From positions 1 through 64,000 of the forward strand of contig CAWHAZ010000001.1 in assembly GCA_963827475.1 (NCBI GenBank): DNA of 64,000 bases, given 5' to 3'. Under the pieces are notes generated by a model. The model saw only the letters and a list, made by a program, of their open reading frames with translations. It was not told the DNA's origin and did not search any database. This document shows positions 10,962 through 19,818 of the stretch, piece by piece. How positions within the stretch are numbered: the stretch's first letter is position 1; the number at the start of each line of letters is the position of its first letter. Source of the stretch: an uncultured Chloroflexia bacterium. GTDB lineage: Bacteria; Chloroflexota; Limnocylindria; QHBO01. The position numbers were made by a program, and so were the translations under genes.

Positions 10962-11439
10962 ATGGCGACCCGATTCACGGCCTCGGATGCCCCCGAGTCC
11001 ATCGACCTGGTGATCCGCAAGACGGTCACCGTGCCGCTCGTCCAGAAGGCGGCGTTCAAGCTGTTCACCGAGGGGATGGGAACCTGGTGGCCGACGCTCA
11101 CCCACTCCGTTGCCGGGGAGGTGGCGATCGCCGGCATGGAGGACCGCGTCGGCGGCGAGATCTACGAGCAGACCCAGGACGGGAAGGTGACGTGGGGCAC
11201 GATCACCGCCTGGGAGGAGCCGGACGGGTTCTCGTCCACCTGGCATCCCGGCTACGGCGCGGAGCTGGCCACCCAGCTCACCGTCCGCTTCATCGCCGAG
11301 GGCCCGAGCACGACACGCGTCGAGCTCGAGCACCGCGGCTGGGAGGTGCACGGGGAGGAGACCGAGGAGCGATTCCAGGGCTACACTCGTGGGCTGGGAT
11401 CCCGTGCTGTCCCGATACGTGGAGCGCGCCGGCGGCTGA
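10962..11439 (+). CDS. SRPBCC/AHSA1-domain protein (frameshift near the C-terminus)
   Basis: AFKLFTEGMGTWWP, WGTITAWE, TRVELEHRGW, GWDPVLSRY; typical ArsR partner. Confidence 0.87.
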
Positions 11440-11485
11440 AGCGGCATCCCGATCCGGCTCCGCCGCCGGCGCTCGTCGACTGGCG

Positions 11486-12097
11486 TCAGGGCGACGCGGC
11501 GGCCCATTCGGCGGCGTCGGCCTCGTTCCACACTCGGCTCCAGCCGCAGCTCCAGGCGAAGGTCTCGTCGCCGGTGATCAGGTACCGCTCGCCCACCACC
11601 AGCACCGGGCCGCCTTCGAGAGCGACGACCTGCGGGTCACCGACCATGAGATCGGCCTGGAGCGTGGTGCTGGCTCCGTCCTCGATGCCCCAGAAGCCGT
11701 CATTCACCGTGAACGTGGCCTGGGTGCCGTTGATGGCGGTCACGGTCCCGTCGAATGCGAAGTCGCGGGCCTGAAGCTCCTCGATGCTGAACGCGAGGCA
11801 GATCCCGATCGCCCCGCCGCCGCTGCCTTCGTTGCCGGCGGGTGGCGTTGGCGCGGCCGTGCCGCCGAGGGTGACCGCCAGGGCCAGGACGGCCACCAGG
11901 GTCGCCCCCGCGGCGGCGATGGTCCATCGGGCCAGGCGGGTCTGGCCGGGATCGGCCTGTGGAAGGTTGTCGGACATGCGTGCCTCCTGGATCCGGGACC
12001 AGACACGGTCCCGGCTGCTGGGGGGCAGCTGGTCGTCGCGGAGCGGGTTCGCCCGCCCGAGCTCGTCGATCGGATCGCGTGTGGGGTCGTCGCTCAT
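11486..12097 (-). CDS. Putative single-pass anti-sigma factor
   Basis: ATGA-coupled to the ECF sigma gene; one TM; Cys-containing extracytoplasmic domain. Confidence 0.7.
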   Translation of the reverse strand: MSDDPTRDPIDELGRANPLRDDQLPPSSRDRVWSRIQEARMSDNLPQADPGQTRLARWTIAAAGATLVAVLALAVTLGGTAAPTPPAGNEGSGGGAIGICLAFSIEELQARDFAFDGTVTAINGTQATFTVNDGFWGIEDGASTTLQADLMVGDPQVVALEGGPVLVVGERYLITGDETFAWSCGWSRVWNEADAAEWAAASP

Positions 12098-12642
12098 GGT
12101 TTCTCCCGCGATGGTCGTCGGCTCGGACTGCCCTTCACCGATAGCCATGTCCGCCATCGGCTCGGACCTTTCACCAACGCCCCTTCGAATCTCGCGCGGG
12201 CCCGATGCAGCCGGATCGCCACGGCGTTGACCGATATCCCCAGAACCGCCGCGATCTCGGCGTGGCTGAGCTCCTCCCACGCCACCAGGCGAAGGAGCTC
12301 CTGGTCGTCGGCCGAGAGGCGGGCGAGCGCCTCGAGTGCCGGCTCGGTCTCGGGAGGAGGTGCGTCGATCGGTCGATCGGCCGTCTGCTCGAGTCTCTGC
12401 TGGAGGCGACCCCGGCGAAGGAAGCCGCGTCGCTGGTTGCCGAGCGTCTTCCGCGCGACCGCGTACAGCCACGGGAGGGCCTCGTCGCCGGCGGGCACGT
12501 CGTCGAGTCGGCGCCAGGCGACGAGAAAGACCTCGGCCACCACGTCCTCCGCGTCGGCCATGGTCGGGGAGCGCCGGGCGGCATAGGCCAGCAGCGCCCG
12601 GTGATGGGCCTCGAAGAGCTCTTCGAGGCGGTCGCCGGGCAC
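12094..12642 (-). CDS. ECF RNA polymerase sigma factor
   Basis: DAEDVVAEVFLVAWRR, PWLYAVAR, LSHAEIAAVLGISVNAVAIRLHRAR. Confidence 0.93.
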   Translation of the reverse strand: MPGDRLEELFEAHHRALLAYAARRSPTMADAEDVVAEVFLVAWRRLDDVPAGDEALPWLYAVARKTLGNQRRGFLRRGRLQQRLEQTADRPIDAPPPETEPALEALARLSADDQELLRLVAWEELSHAEIAAVLGISVNAVAIRLHRARARFEGALVKGPSRWRTWLSVKGSPSRRPSREKP

Positions 12643-12679
12643 GGGGAGTCGACGGCCCGCGGGGACTGGCATGTGCCGG

Positions 12680-13834
12680 TCAGACGCCGCCCGGCGGCTC
12701 CAGGTTCCGTCCGTGGCGGGTCATCACCTCGACCAGGCGGTCGTGGGGCAGGGCGTGCGCCGTGATCCCGTCCCGCCCGGTCATCGTCTCGGCCGCGACC
12801 AGGCAGTTGACGATGGCCTCCTCGACCGCCTCGACCGTGGCCAGCAGCAGGGGGGTGAGAGCCGCGCCGGCGACCATCTCGGACGGGACGGTGGTCCCGG
12901 GCCGGACCGGGCTCTCCTCGCTCGCCAGCCCGCGGTTGCCGGTGGCGAAGGCCAGGAAGATGTCGCCCGATCCCAGCGACGCGTAGCAGCCGACCCGCGC
13001 CGCGCCGAGCGCGGCCCGCTTGGCCAGGGCCACGCACTGGTGGGGGAGCAGCGGGGCATCGGTGGCCACGATGCCGATGATCGATCCCGCACCTGCCTCC
13101 GGGCCAGGCCGTCGGGCTGCGCTCGAATCCGTACGGGCTGCTGAGCTCGTCGAGGCCGATCTCCGCGCCGACCGGCACGCCGTCGATCCGCAGCTGATCA
13201 CGGTCACCGTAGTTGGACTTGCACCAGGGCGCCGACCGTCCAGCCGCCGCTGTCCGGCGGGAGCACGCGCGACGCGGTGCCGATCCCGCCCTTGAACTCG
13301 TGGCAGACCATCCCGGTCCCGCCGCCCACGTTGCCCTCGCCCACCGGACCGCTGCTCGCGGCCGAGATGGCCGACAGTGACGTGCTCGGTCCGGACGTGC
13401 ATCCCGTCGATGTCGTTCAACATCCCGTCCCACGTCTCGCTGGCCACCGGCAACGTCCACGGCAGGTGCTCCCCCGTGGTGGCGACCGCGGTCCGGACCA
13501 GCGCGTCGTGGACGACGCCGATGGCATGCGTGTTGCTCAGGCCGATGATGCTGCTCAGGAGCCCGCTCTCCTCGATCCACAGCAGGCCGGTCATCTCGCC
13601 GTTGCCGTTCAGCGAGAAGCTCCCGGCGAAGACCGGCTCGCGCCAGACGTCCCCATCGTGGGGGACGATGGCGGTCACGCCGGTGCGGATCGGTCCCTTG
13701 CCGACCACCAGCGGGCCGTGGCCGGAGATGAGGGTGGCGTGGCCCACCCGGACGCCCGCGACGTCGGTGATGGCGTTGAATGGGCCCGGACGGCCGTGGC
13801 CGAGGCGGATACCGAGGTCACGCGCCCGGGTCAT
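12680..13834 (-). CDS. P1/S58 family aminopeptidase (DmpA-like), frameshifted
   Basis: NAITDVAGVRVGH, NGNGEMTG, GSII...ATDAPL, SGDIFLAFAT. Confidence 0.9.
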   Translation of the reverse strand: MTRARDLGIRLGHGRPGPFNAITDVAGVRVGHATLISGHGPLVVGKGPIRTGVTAIVPHDGDVWREPVFAGSFSLNGNGEMTGLLWIEESGLLSSIIGLSNTHAIGVVHDALVRTAVATTGEHLPWTLPVASETWDGMLNDIDGMHVRTEHVTVGHLGREQRSGGRGQRGRRDRDGLPRVQGRDRHRVARAPAGQRRLDGRRPGASPTTVTVISCGSTACRSARRSASTSSAARTDSSAARRPGPEAGAGSIIGIVATDAPLLPHQCVALAKRAALGAARVGCYASLGSGDIFLAFATGNRGLASEESPVRPGTTVPSEMVAGAALTPLLLATVEAVEEAIVNCLVAAETMTGRDGITAHALPHDRLVEVMTRHGRNLEPPGGV

Positions 13835-14276
13835 CGGTCTCGGCGGCGAGGTGGTCGGCGTATCGGTCGAGGAGGTCGGCCGGGATCCGGGTCGGGCGCT
13901 GGTCGGACCGGCGGACGCAGACCCAGGTGGTCTCCACCTCGGCGAGCAGCTCCCCGTCCGGCTCGCGGCGGATCTCGGTGTGCCGCATGGCGCGGACCCC
14001 GCCCATGGCGCCAACCCGGGTGGTGACCCGGATGACGTCGCGGTACTCGGCCGGGCGGTGGTAGACGACCCGGTGCTCGCGGACGGCCCATCCGATCTGG
14101 TGCTTCTCGGTCCAGGCCCGACCGTAGCCCAGGACCTCCGCGTGCTCGGTGGCGACGACCTCGGCGTAGTTCAGGTACACCGCGTTGTTGACGTGGCCGT
14201 TCGAGTCCAGCTCGAAGGTCCGGACCCGCCACTGCTCGCTGTACTCGAGCCGATCCACGCTCGCATCGGTGCTCAC
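13818..14276 (-). CDS. Acyl-CoA thioesterase (4HBT/YbgC family)
   Basis: VRTFELDSNGHVNNAVYLNY. Confidence 0.9.
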   Translation of the reverse strand: MSTDASVDRLEYSEQWRVRTFELDSNGHVNNAVYLNYAEVVATEHAEVLGYGRAWTEKHQIGWAVREHRVVYHRPAEYRDVIRVTTRVGAMGGVRAMRHTEIRREPDGELLAEVETTWVCVRRSDQRPTRIPADLLDRYADHLAAETDDPGA

Positions 14277-14854
14277 GCCGATGAGGATACCGATGCGCCC
14301 TCCCGGTGGACGCGAAACGGGGGACCGTGGCCGGGGACGACGATGTCGGCGACCTCGAGGACGCGCGCCCGACTGGCCTCGAGGGCGGTCTGGTCATCGG
14401 CCAGGGGGTCGATCTCGGGAGTGCGATCGGCCCGCCACCACAGGTGGGTGCAGGCGACCGTCCCATCATCGGTCTCGACCAGGAGGGTGGCGTCCTCGTG
14501 GGTGTGGCCGGGGGTCAGGATCAGCGACACGTGCGGGGAGATGCGGTGGCCGTCACCCTGGTGATCGGTCCAGTCGGTGCCGTGGTACGCCGCCCAGAAG
14601 TCGACGACCGTGGCATTCGCGAACAGGGCGGCATTGACCGTGTGGTCGGGGTGGTGGTGGGTCAGGAAGACGTGGGTCACGTCCTCCGGGGAGAGGCCGA
14701 GGCTGACGAGCGGCGCCAGGATCTCCTCGCGGTCGGCGACCATCCCGGGGTCCACCACGATCCGGACGTCGCCGTCCTCGACCAGGCTGACGGTGCCGCA
14801 CACGCCCCGGTCGTCGACGTAGCCCTCGTGCAGGACGTGGAAGGTGGCCGCCAC
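14273..14854 (-). CDS. MBL-fold metallo-hydrolase
   Basis: THHHPDH, TPGHT, VPGHG. Confidence 0.92.
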   Translation of the reverse strand: MAATFHVLHEGYVDDRGVCGTVSLVEDGDVRIVVDPGMVADREEILAPLVSLGLSPEDVTHVFLTHHHPDHTVNAALFANATVVDFWAAYHGTDWTDHQGDGHRISPHVSLILTPGHTHEDATLLVETDDGTVACTHLWWRADRTPEIDPLADDQTALEASRARVLEVADIVVPGHGPPFRVHREGASVSSSA

Positions 14855-14870
14855 GCGGCAAGCCTAGCGG

Positions 14871-15267
14871 TCAGGCGGACTCTTCGGTCGGCTCCTTCAT
14901 GAAGTACTCGAGGTAGTCCGAGCAGCGGCCGTCATCGGTGAGGGTCATGCACCCAGATGTTGTGGTAGACCCGGGCCGGCCCACGGGCGGTGGCGCGGTA
15001 GCGGGTCTCGCAGCGGGCCACGGCGACGTCGCCCTCGACGGCGATCGGCTCGCATTCCAGGGTCCAGTCGCCCGGATCGTCGGGCTGCTCGAGCCAGGCT
15101 TCGACGATCTCGTCGAGTCCATCGGCCCCGTCGGCGGGCTCCTCCCACGGATGCCAGCGGTAGACCGCGTCCTCCGTGAACAGGCCCCTGATCAGGTCCG
15201 GTTCGTTCGTCCGCCACGCTTGCTCGTACCGATCGAGCCAGTCTGTGACCGCGGCTCGGGTGGTCAT
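14871..15267 (-). CDS. SnoaL/NTF2-like protein (frameshift ~14945)
   Basis: WLDRYEQAW...LFTEDAVY...YHNIW / DDGRCSDYLEYF. Confidence 0.85.
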
Positions 15268-15286
15268 GGGAACAGTATGAACCCGA

Positions 15287-15362
15287 CTGTCCACATGTGG
15301 ACAACGTGTGGATTGCCTCGCAATCAACCGAGAAAGTGGTGGATAACCCCTATTGTGGGGAT
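15287..15362. promoter_or_regulatory. Cluster of five DnaA-box-like 9-mers
   Basis: CTGTCCACA 15287, TGTGGACAA 15296, TGTGGATTG 15307, GGTGGATAA 15338 and TGTGGGGAT 15354, compared with TT(A/G)TCCACA. Confidence 0.8.
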
Positions 15363-15387
15363 GTTAGGGGCAGCCTATGATTCGTCT

Positions 15388-15497
15388 CGTCCCGAAGGGG
15401 CAGCACGATCCGGGTCTGAGATTGCATCAAGGTCCCGGTGACGACTCCGGAGATTGCATCAAAGGGTCGGGTGCCGTTCCTTCGGGACGTTTCTTTG
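15388..15497 (+). ncRNA. Putative novel small RNA: three-way junction with two identical GAGAUUGCAUCAA loops
   Basis: TATGAT -10 at 15376-15381; closing stem CGTCCCGAAGG/CCTTCGGGACG; two inner hairpins; G-U pairs work only on +; TTTCTTT tail. Confidence 0.72.
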
Positions 15498-16004
15498 TGT
15501 CCGGATTTCCAGAGCCTCCACCTGGCCCGGATCCGAGAGCACCGCCACCGTCGCGTAGCCCTCCCCGTCCAGCTGCCGCAGCGACGCCCGCAGGTTCCGA
15601 TCCTGGCGTCGAACGGCGCCCGCTGGCACGCGCCGGTGCTCCCTCCCGGCGTTCCGCGCCAGGCTGACCTCGAGCGGCAGGGCCAGGACGATGGCCACCA
15701 CCGGACGACCATGGCGAGCGGCGACCGCCAGCAGCGACCGGCGGGCCCAGGCCTGGACGTTCGTCGCGTCCACCACCGTCAGCCGGCCGGCGGCGAGACG
15801 GCGGTCGAGTTCCGCGTGGAGCCGGGCGAAGGCCTCATCGGTGGCGGACTGGTCGGTCGGGTCGCCGGAGACCGCCTCACGGTAGGCATCCGACGAGAGG
15901 ATCTCCGCAGGCTCGAAGTGCCGGGCGGCGAGCGTCGACTTGCCACTGCCGGCGACACCGATGAGCAGGACGAGGGCGTCGCCGGGGACGTCGAGGGCGG
16001 TCAC
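15459..16004 (-). CDS. AAA_33 / polynucleotide-kinase-like P-loop protein
   Basis: GVAGSGKST, LSSD, VVDATN; GTGA-coupled to SRAP. Confidence 0.88.
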   Translation of the reverse strand: MTALDVPGDALVLLIGVAGSGKSTLAARHFEPAEILSSDAYREAVSGDPTDQSATDEAFARLHAELDRRLAAGRLTVVDATNVQAWARRSLLAVAARHGRPVVAIVLALPLEVSLARNAGREHRRVPAGAVRRQDRNLRASLRQLDGEGYATVAVLSDPGQVEALEIRTQRNVPKERHPTL

Positions 16005-16669
16005 CCGGCCCGTTCCAGCAGCTCCGCTCCCTCGTTGCGGACGTTGTTCACGGCCGACGAGACGGGGTAGGCATCGAGCTCCTCGGCGGGGAACGGGAAC
16101 AAGAGGGTGCGCAGGTCGGCGAGGGCGGTCTGGCCCGACAGCCACGTGTCCCAGCTGTCCGGATCCAGGATGACCGGCATCCGGTTGTGGATCGGGGAGA
16201 CCAGCGCGTTGGGGATCGTGGTCAGGATCGAACAGGTGTAGACCCGCTCCCCGGTCTCCGAGTCCCGCCACACGGCCCACACCCCGGCCAGGGCCAGCGG
16301 GTCACCATCCAGCCGCCGAATGGCAAACGGCTCACGCCGGCCGTCGACCCGATGCCACTCGTAGAACGCGGCCGCCGGGATGATGAGCCGCCGCTTGGCG
16401 AAGGACGTCCGGAAGGCCGGCGTCGTCTCGACCGTCTCCGCTCGGGCGTTGATCAGCCGGGCCGCGCCCTTGCGGTCGTCGGCGTACCACGGTACGAGGC
16501 CCCAGCGGAACGGCTCGATGAGCCGCTCCCCGTGGTGCTCGACCACGCCCGCCACCTCGTCGGTGGGCGCCACGTTGAAACGCTGTCCGGGGAGGTCCAC
16601 CGTCGGCCGGGCTCGGAAGATGCGGGCCAGCTCCTCGCTGGAGTGCGGCTGGGCGAAGCGGCCGCACAC
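16001..16669 (-). CDS. SOS response-associated peptidase (SRAP/YedK/HMCES family)
   Basis: N-terminal MCGRF, FNVAPT, INARAET, FYEW, HNRMPVIL. Confidence 0.95.
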   Translation of the reverse strand: MCGRFAQPHSSEELARIFRARPTVDLPGQRFNVAPTDEVAGVVEHHGERLIEPFRWGLVPWYADDRKGAARLINARAETVETTPAFRTSFAKRRLIIPAAAFYEWHRVDGRREPFAIRRLDGDPLALAGVWAVWRDSETGERVYTCSILTTIPNALVSPIHNRMPVILDPDSWDTWLSGQTALADLRTLLFPFPAEELDAYPVSSAVNNVRNEGAELLERAG

Positions 16670-16672
16670 CGA

Positions 16673-16893
16673 TCAGTCGCGCTCCAGGCGGTAGCCCCGT
16701 GGAAGGGCGTCCCGCGCTGCCTGCAGGGCGGCGGCCAGCTCGTCGGGGCCGGCGCCGTCGGGACCGTGGAGCGTCAGTGGCACCCCGGGCGGGAGAACGG
16801 CGCCGCCCTCGGATTCCCACTCGGCTTCCGGTTCGGGAGTCGGCCGGGCTCGGGCTCGGGCTCGGGCTCGGGCGTGGCATCCGGCTCTGGCAT
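16673..16893 (-). CDS. Small acidic protein with PE repeats and EWESEGGA motif (one frameshift)
   Basis: TAGGCT -10 then ATG at 16893; (GGGCTC)n repeat; joins the 3' end of ORF 16673..17224. Confidence 0.5.
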
Positions 16894-16908
16894 CGGTCCA
16901 GCCTACGC

Positions 16909-18099
16909 CTAGACGACGTTCAGCTCGCGGAGCGGCCGGTTCTCGGCGATCCGCTCGTACCCGAGCGGGGAGAGGTCGATGGCCCGGTACGCGCCATGGA
17001 TGATGAGCTCGGCCAGGCCGCGTCCGACCGCTGGCGCCTGCTGCAGGCCGTGGCCCGAGAACCCGTTCGCGAACACCAGGTTCGTCATCTCCGGATGGGG
17101 GCCGATGATCGCGTTGTGGTCGACGGTGTTGACCTCGTAGTGGCCGGCCCACGCACGGCGCATCTTCACCGCCTCGAAGGCCGGCACACGGTGCGCCATG
17201 GCCGGCCACACCCGCTCCTCCCACGCCGGGAGGTCGACGGTCAGGTCCAGGGTGTCCGGATCTTCCTCCCCGTCACGCGGGGAGAAGCCACCGAGGTAGT
17301 GCGGCTCATCGGGGCGGAAGTAGACCCCGCTGGGATCGATGACCAGCGGGGCGTCGGGGATCTCCGTCTTGCACGAGAAGGCGTAGACGTTCCGCTTGCG
17401 CGGCACCACCGGCAGGTCGACACCGGCGAACCTGGCCAGCGCCCCGGCTCGCGGGCCGGCAGCGTTGACCAGCGTCCCGCACTCGATGAGCCGCCCGTCC
17501 GAGAGCATCACCGCGTCCACGCGCCCCCCGAACGAGAGGATGCCGGTCACCTCGCCGGTGACGTAGGTCACGCCCGAGGCGCGCGCCGACTGCTGGAAGG
17601 CCTGCATCAGGGCGGTCGCGTCGAACCACCCCTCTCCGGCGGTCCCCAGCGAGCCGCCGGCCAGGTCCTCGGTCGTCAGCCACGCGAACCGATGCGACAG
17701 CTCGTCCGGGGACAGGATCTCGACCGGGACCTGCAGATCGCGCTGGATCGCATGGTTGGCCCACAGCGTCGGCACCCCGGCCTCGGTGGCGAGGAACAGG
17801 TAGCCCCCCTCCACGAACCCGAAGTCGGGCACGGTCTCGAGCAGCGGGAACCACCACTCCGGGTGCTTGAGGACCTGCACCGCGAACTGGCTCATCTGGA
17901 TGTTGACCGGGGTCGAGAACTGCTGACGCACCGATGCGGCGGAGAGCGTGGTCGAGGCGGTGGCATAGGTCGGATCGCGCTCGACGACCATGACCGAGCC
18001 CCAGAAATCGGGGTCACGGGCCAGGAAGTAGGCGACCGCCGAGCCCACGACGGCGCCACCGACGATGACCACGTCGGCCCGTTGCGATGCGGCACTCAT
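16909..18099 (-). CDS. FAD-dependent oxidoreductase (DAO/sarcosine oxidase beta, FOXRED1-like)
   Basis: VIVGGAVVGS, SAASVRQQFS, ANGFSGHGLQQAPAVG. Confidence 0.92.
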   Translation of the reverse strand: MSAASQRADVVIVGGAVVGSAVAYFLARDPDFWGSVMVVERDPTYATASTTLSAASVRQQFSTPVNIQMSQFAVQVLKHPEWWFPLLETVPDFGFVEGGYLFLATEAGVPTLWANHAIQRDLQVPVEILSPDELSHRFAWLTTEDLAGGSLGTAGEGWFDATALMQAFQQSARASGVTYVTGEVTGILSFGGRVDAVMLSDGRLIECGTLVNAAGPRAGALARFAGVDLPVVPRKRNVYAFSCKTEIPDAPLVIDPSGVYFRPDEPHYLGGFSPRDGEEDPDTLDLTVDLPAWEERVWPAMAHRVPAFEAVKMRRAWAGHYEVNTVDHNAIIGPHPEMTNLVFANGFSGHGLQQAPAVGRGLAELIIHGAYRAIDLSPLGYERIAENRPLRELNVV

Positions 18100-18141
18100 C
18101 GGTCGAATCCTAGCCTGCGCCTCCAAGGCTAGACTCACCCG

Positions 18142-19818
18142 GTGGCCAGCCGACCGACCATCGTCACCGTCGACGACGACGTCCCGGTCCTGCGCGCCAT
18201 CGAGCGCGACCTGCGCACCTGGTACGCGAAGGACTACCGCATCCTCGCCGCGCCCAGTGGGGCGGAGGCGCTCGACGCGGTCCGCGAGCTGACTGTCCGC
18301 GGCGACCCGGTCGCCCTGTTCGTCGTCGACCAGCGGATGGCGAACATGACCGGCATCGAGTTCCTGACCGAGGCCATCGACCTCCAGCCGGATGCCCGAC
18401 GGGTACTCCTCACCGCTTACGCCGATACCGATGTCGCCATCCGGGCGATCAACGAGATCCGGCTCGACCAGTACCTGCTCAAGCCCTGGGATCCGCCCGA
18501 GGAGCGGCTGTACCCGATGCTCGACGACCTCCTCGCCGACTGGGCGGCCGGCTACCGGCCACCATTCGCCGGGCTGCGCCTGATCGCCGGCCGCTGGGCG
18601 GCCAAGGGCCACGAGATCCGCGACTACCTGACCCGCAACCAGGTCCCGTACCACTGGCTCGATCCGATCACCGATGAGGAAGGCCGGCGCGTCGCGGTGA
18701 GCGCGGGAGTGGCAGAGGACGAGATCGACCCCGCCGTCCCGATCGTCGTCCTCGAGGACGGCGCCGTGCTCCGCGACCCGACCGTCCGCCAGATCGCGGA
18801 GCGGGTGGGGATCCAGACCACGGCCGGGCTGCCGTTCTACGACCTGGTGATCATCGGTGGCGGACCGTCCGGCCTGGCGGCGGCGGTCTACGGGGCGTCG
18901 GAGGGGCTGAAGACGGTCCTGGTGGAGCGCGAGGCGCCCGGCGGGCAGGCGGGCACCACCAGCCGGATCGAGAACTACCTCGGGTTCCCGGCCGGCCTGT
19001 CGGGCGGCGACCTCGCCCGCCGGGCGCTGGCCCAGGCACGCCGGCTCGGGGCGGAGATCCTGTCACCGCGCGAGGTGACCGCCATTCGGAGCGAGGATCC
19101 GTATCGGTACGTGACCCTCGACGACGGGTCGGAGATCAGCTGCCATGCCGTGATCGTGGCCAGCGGGGTCAGCTACCGCCAGCTCGAGATTCCCGGCGCC
19201 GCGGAGCTGGCCGGGGCCGGCGTCTACTACGGGGCGGCGGTGACCGAGGCCGTGCTGTATCGGGACCTGGAGGTCGGGGTGGTGGGCGGCGGCAACTCCG
19301 CCGGACAGGCCGCGGTGTACCTCGCCCGGTTCGCGAAGCGCGTCCTGCTCATGGTCCGCACTTCGGAGCTCTCGTCGATGAGCCAATACCTCATCGACCA
19401 GATCGCCGCCATTCCGAACATCGAGGTCCGCTACCGCACCCAGATCACCGCCTGCAGCGGCGAGGGCCACCTCGCCAGCGCAACCCTGAGGTGCGAGGGC
19501 GACGGAGAGCCGACCTCCGAGACGTTGCCCCTCTCCGCCCTGTTCGTGTTCATCGGCCAGCAGCCCCGCACCGAGTGGCTGCCGGAGGACGTGGTCCGCG
19601 ACGAGTCGGGGTTCATCCCCACCGGGCCTGCCGTCGTGCTCGACGGCAAACGCCCGCCCGGCTGGCCGGACCGCGATCCGTTCCTGCTCGAGTCGAGCCT
19701 GCCCGGAATCTTCGCCGCTGGGGACGTGCGGGCCCGGTCAGTGAAGCGCATCGCCAGCGCGGTAGGGGAGGGCTCGATGGCCATCCAGTTCGTCCACCAG
19801 TACCTGGCCACGCTGTGA
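18142..19818 (+). CDS. Receiver domain fused to a thioredoxin-reductase-like flavoprotein
   Basis: VDDD...DQRM...LTAY...KPW REC domain; GGGPSG, IENYLGFP, GGGNSA, FAAGDVR. Confidence 0.93.
   Translation: MASRPTIVTVDDDVPVLRAIERDLRTWYAKDYRILAAPSGAEALDAVRELTVRGDPVALFVVDQRMANMTGIEFLTEAIDLQPDARRVLLTAYADTDVAIRAINEIRLDQYLLKPWDPPEERLYPMLDDLLADWAAGYRPPFAGLRLIAGRWAAKGHEIRDYLTRNQVPYHWLDPITDEEGRRVAVSAGVAEDEIDPAVPIVVLEDGAVLRDPTVRQIAERVGIQTTAGLPFYDLVIIGGGPSGLAAAVYGASEGLKTVLVEREAPGGQAGTTSRIENYLGFPAGLSGGDLARRALAQARRLGAEILSPREVTAIRSEDPYRYVTLDDGSEISCHAVIVASGVSYRQLEIPGAAELAGAGVYYGAAVTEAVLYRDLEVGVVGGGNSAGQAAVYLARFAKRVLLMVRTSELSSMSQYLIDQIAAIPNIEVRYRTQITACSGEGHLASATLRCEGDGEPTSETLPLSALFVFIGQQPRTEWLPEDVVRDESGFIPTGPAVVLDGKRPPGWPDRDPFLLESSLPGIFAAGDVRARSVKRIASAVGEGSMAIQFVHQYLATL

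Noticed and set aside
15418-15462. 13-bp direct repeat as a CRISPR mini-array or plasmid iterons
   Set aside because: Only two short copies, no cas or rep gene, and each copy sits in a hairpin loop
15287-15500. Chromosomal oriC
   Set aside because: No dnaA, dnaN, rpmH, gyrB or parAB nearby and no clear unwinding element; not fully excluded, so kept as an alternative
16845-16872. (GGGCTC)n microsatellite
   Set aside because: Encodes a Pro-Glu linker in a small ORF
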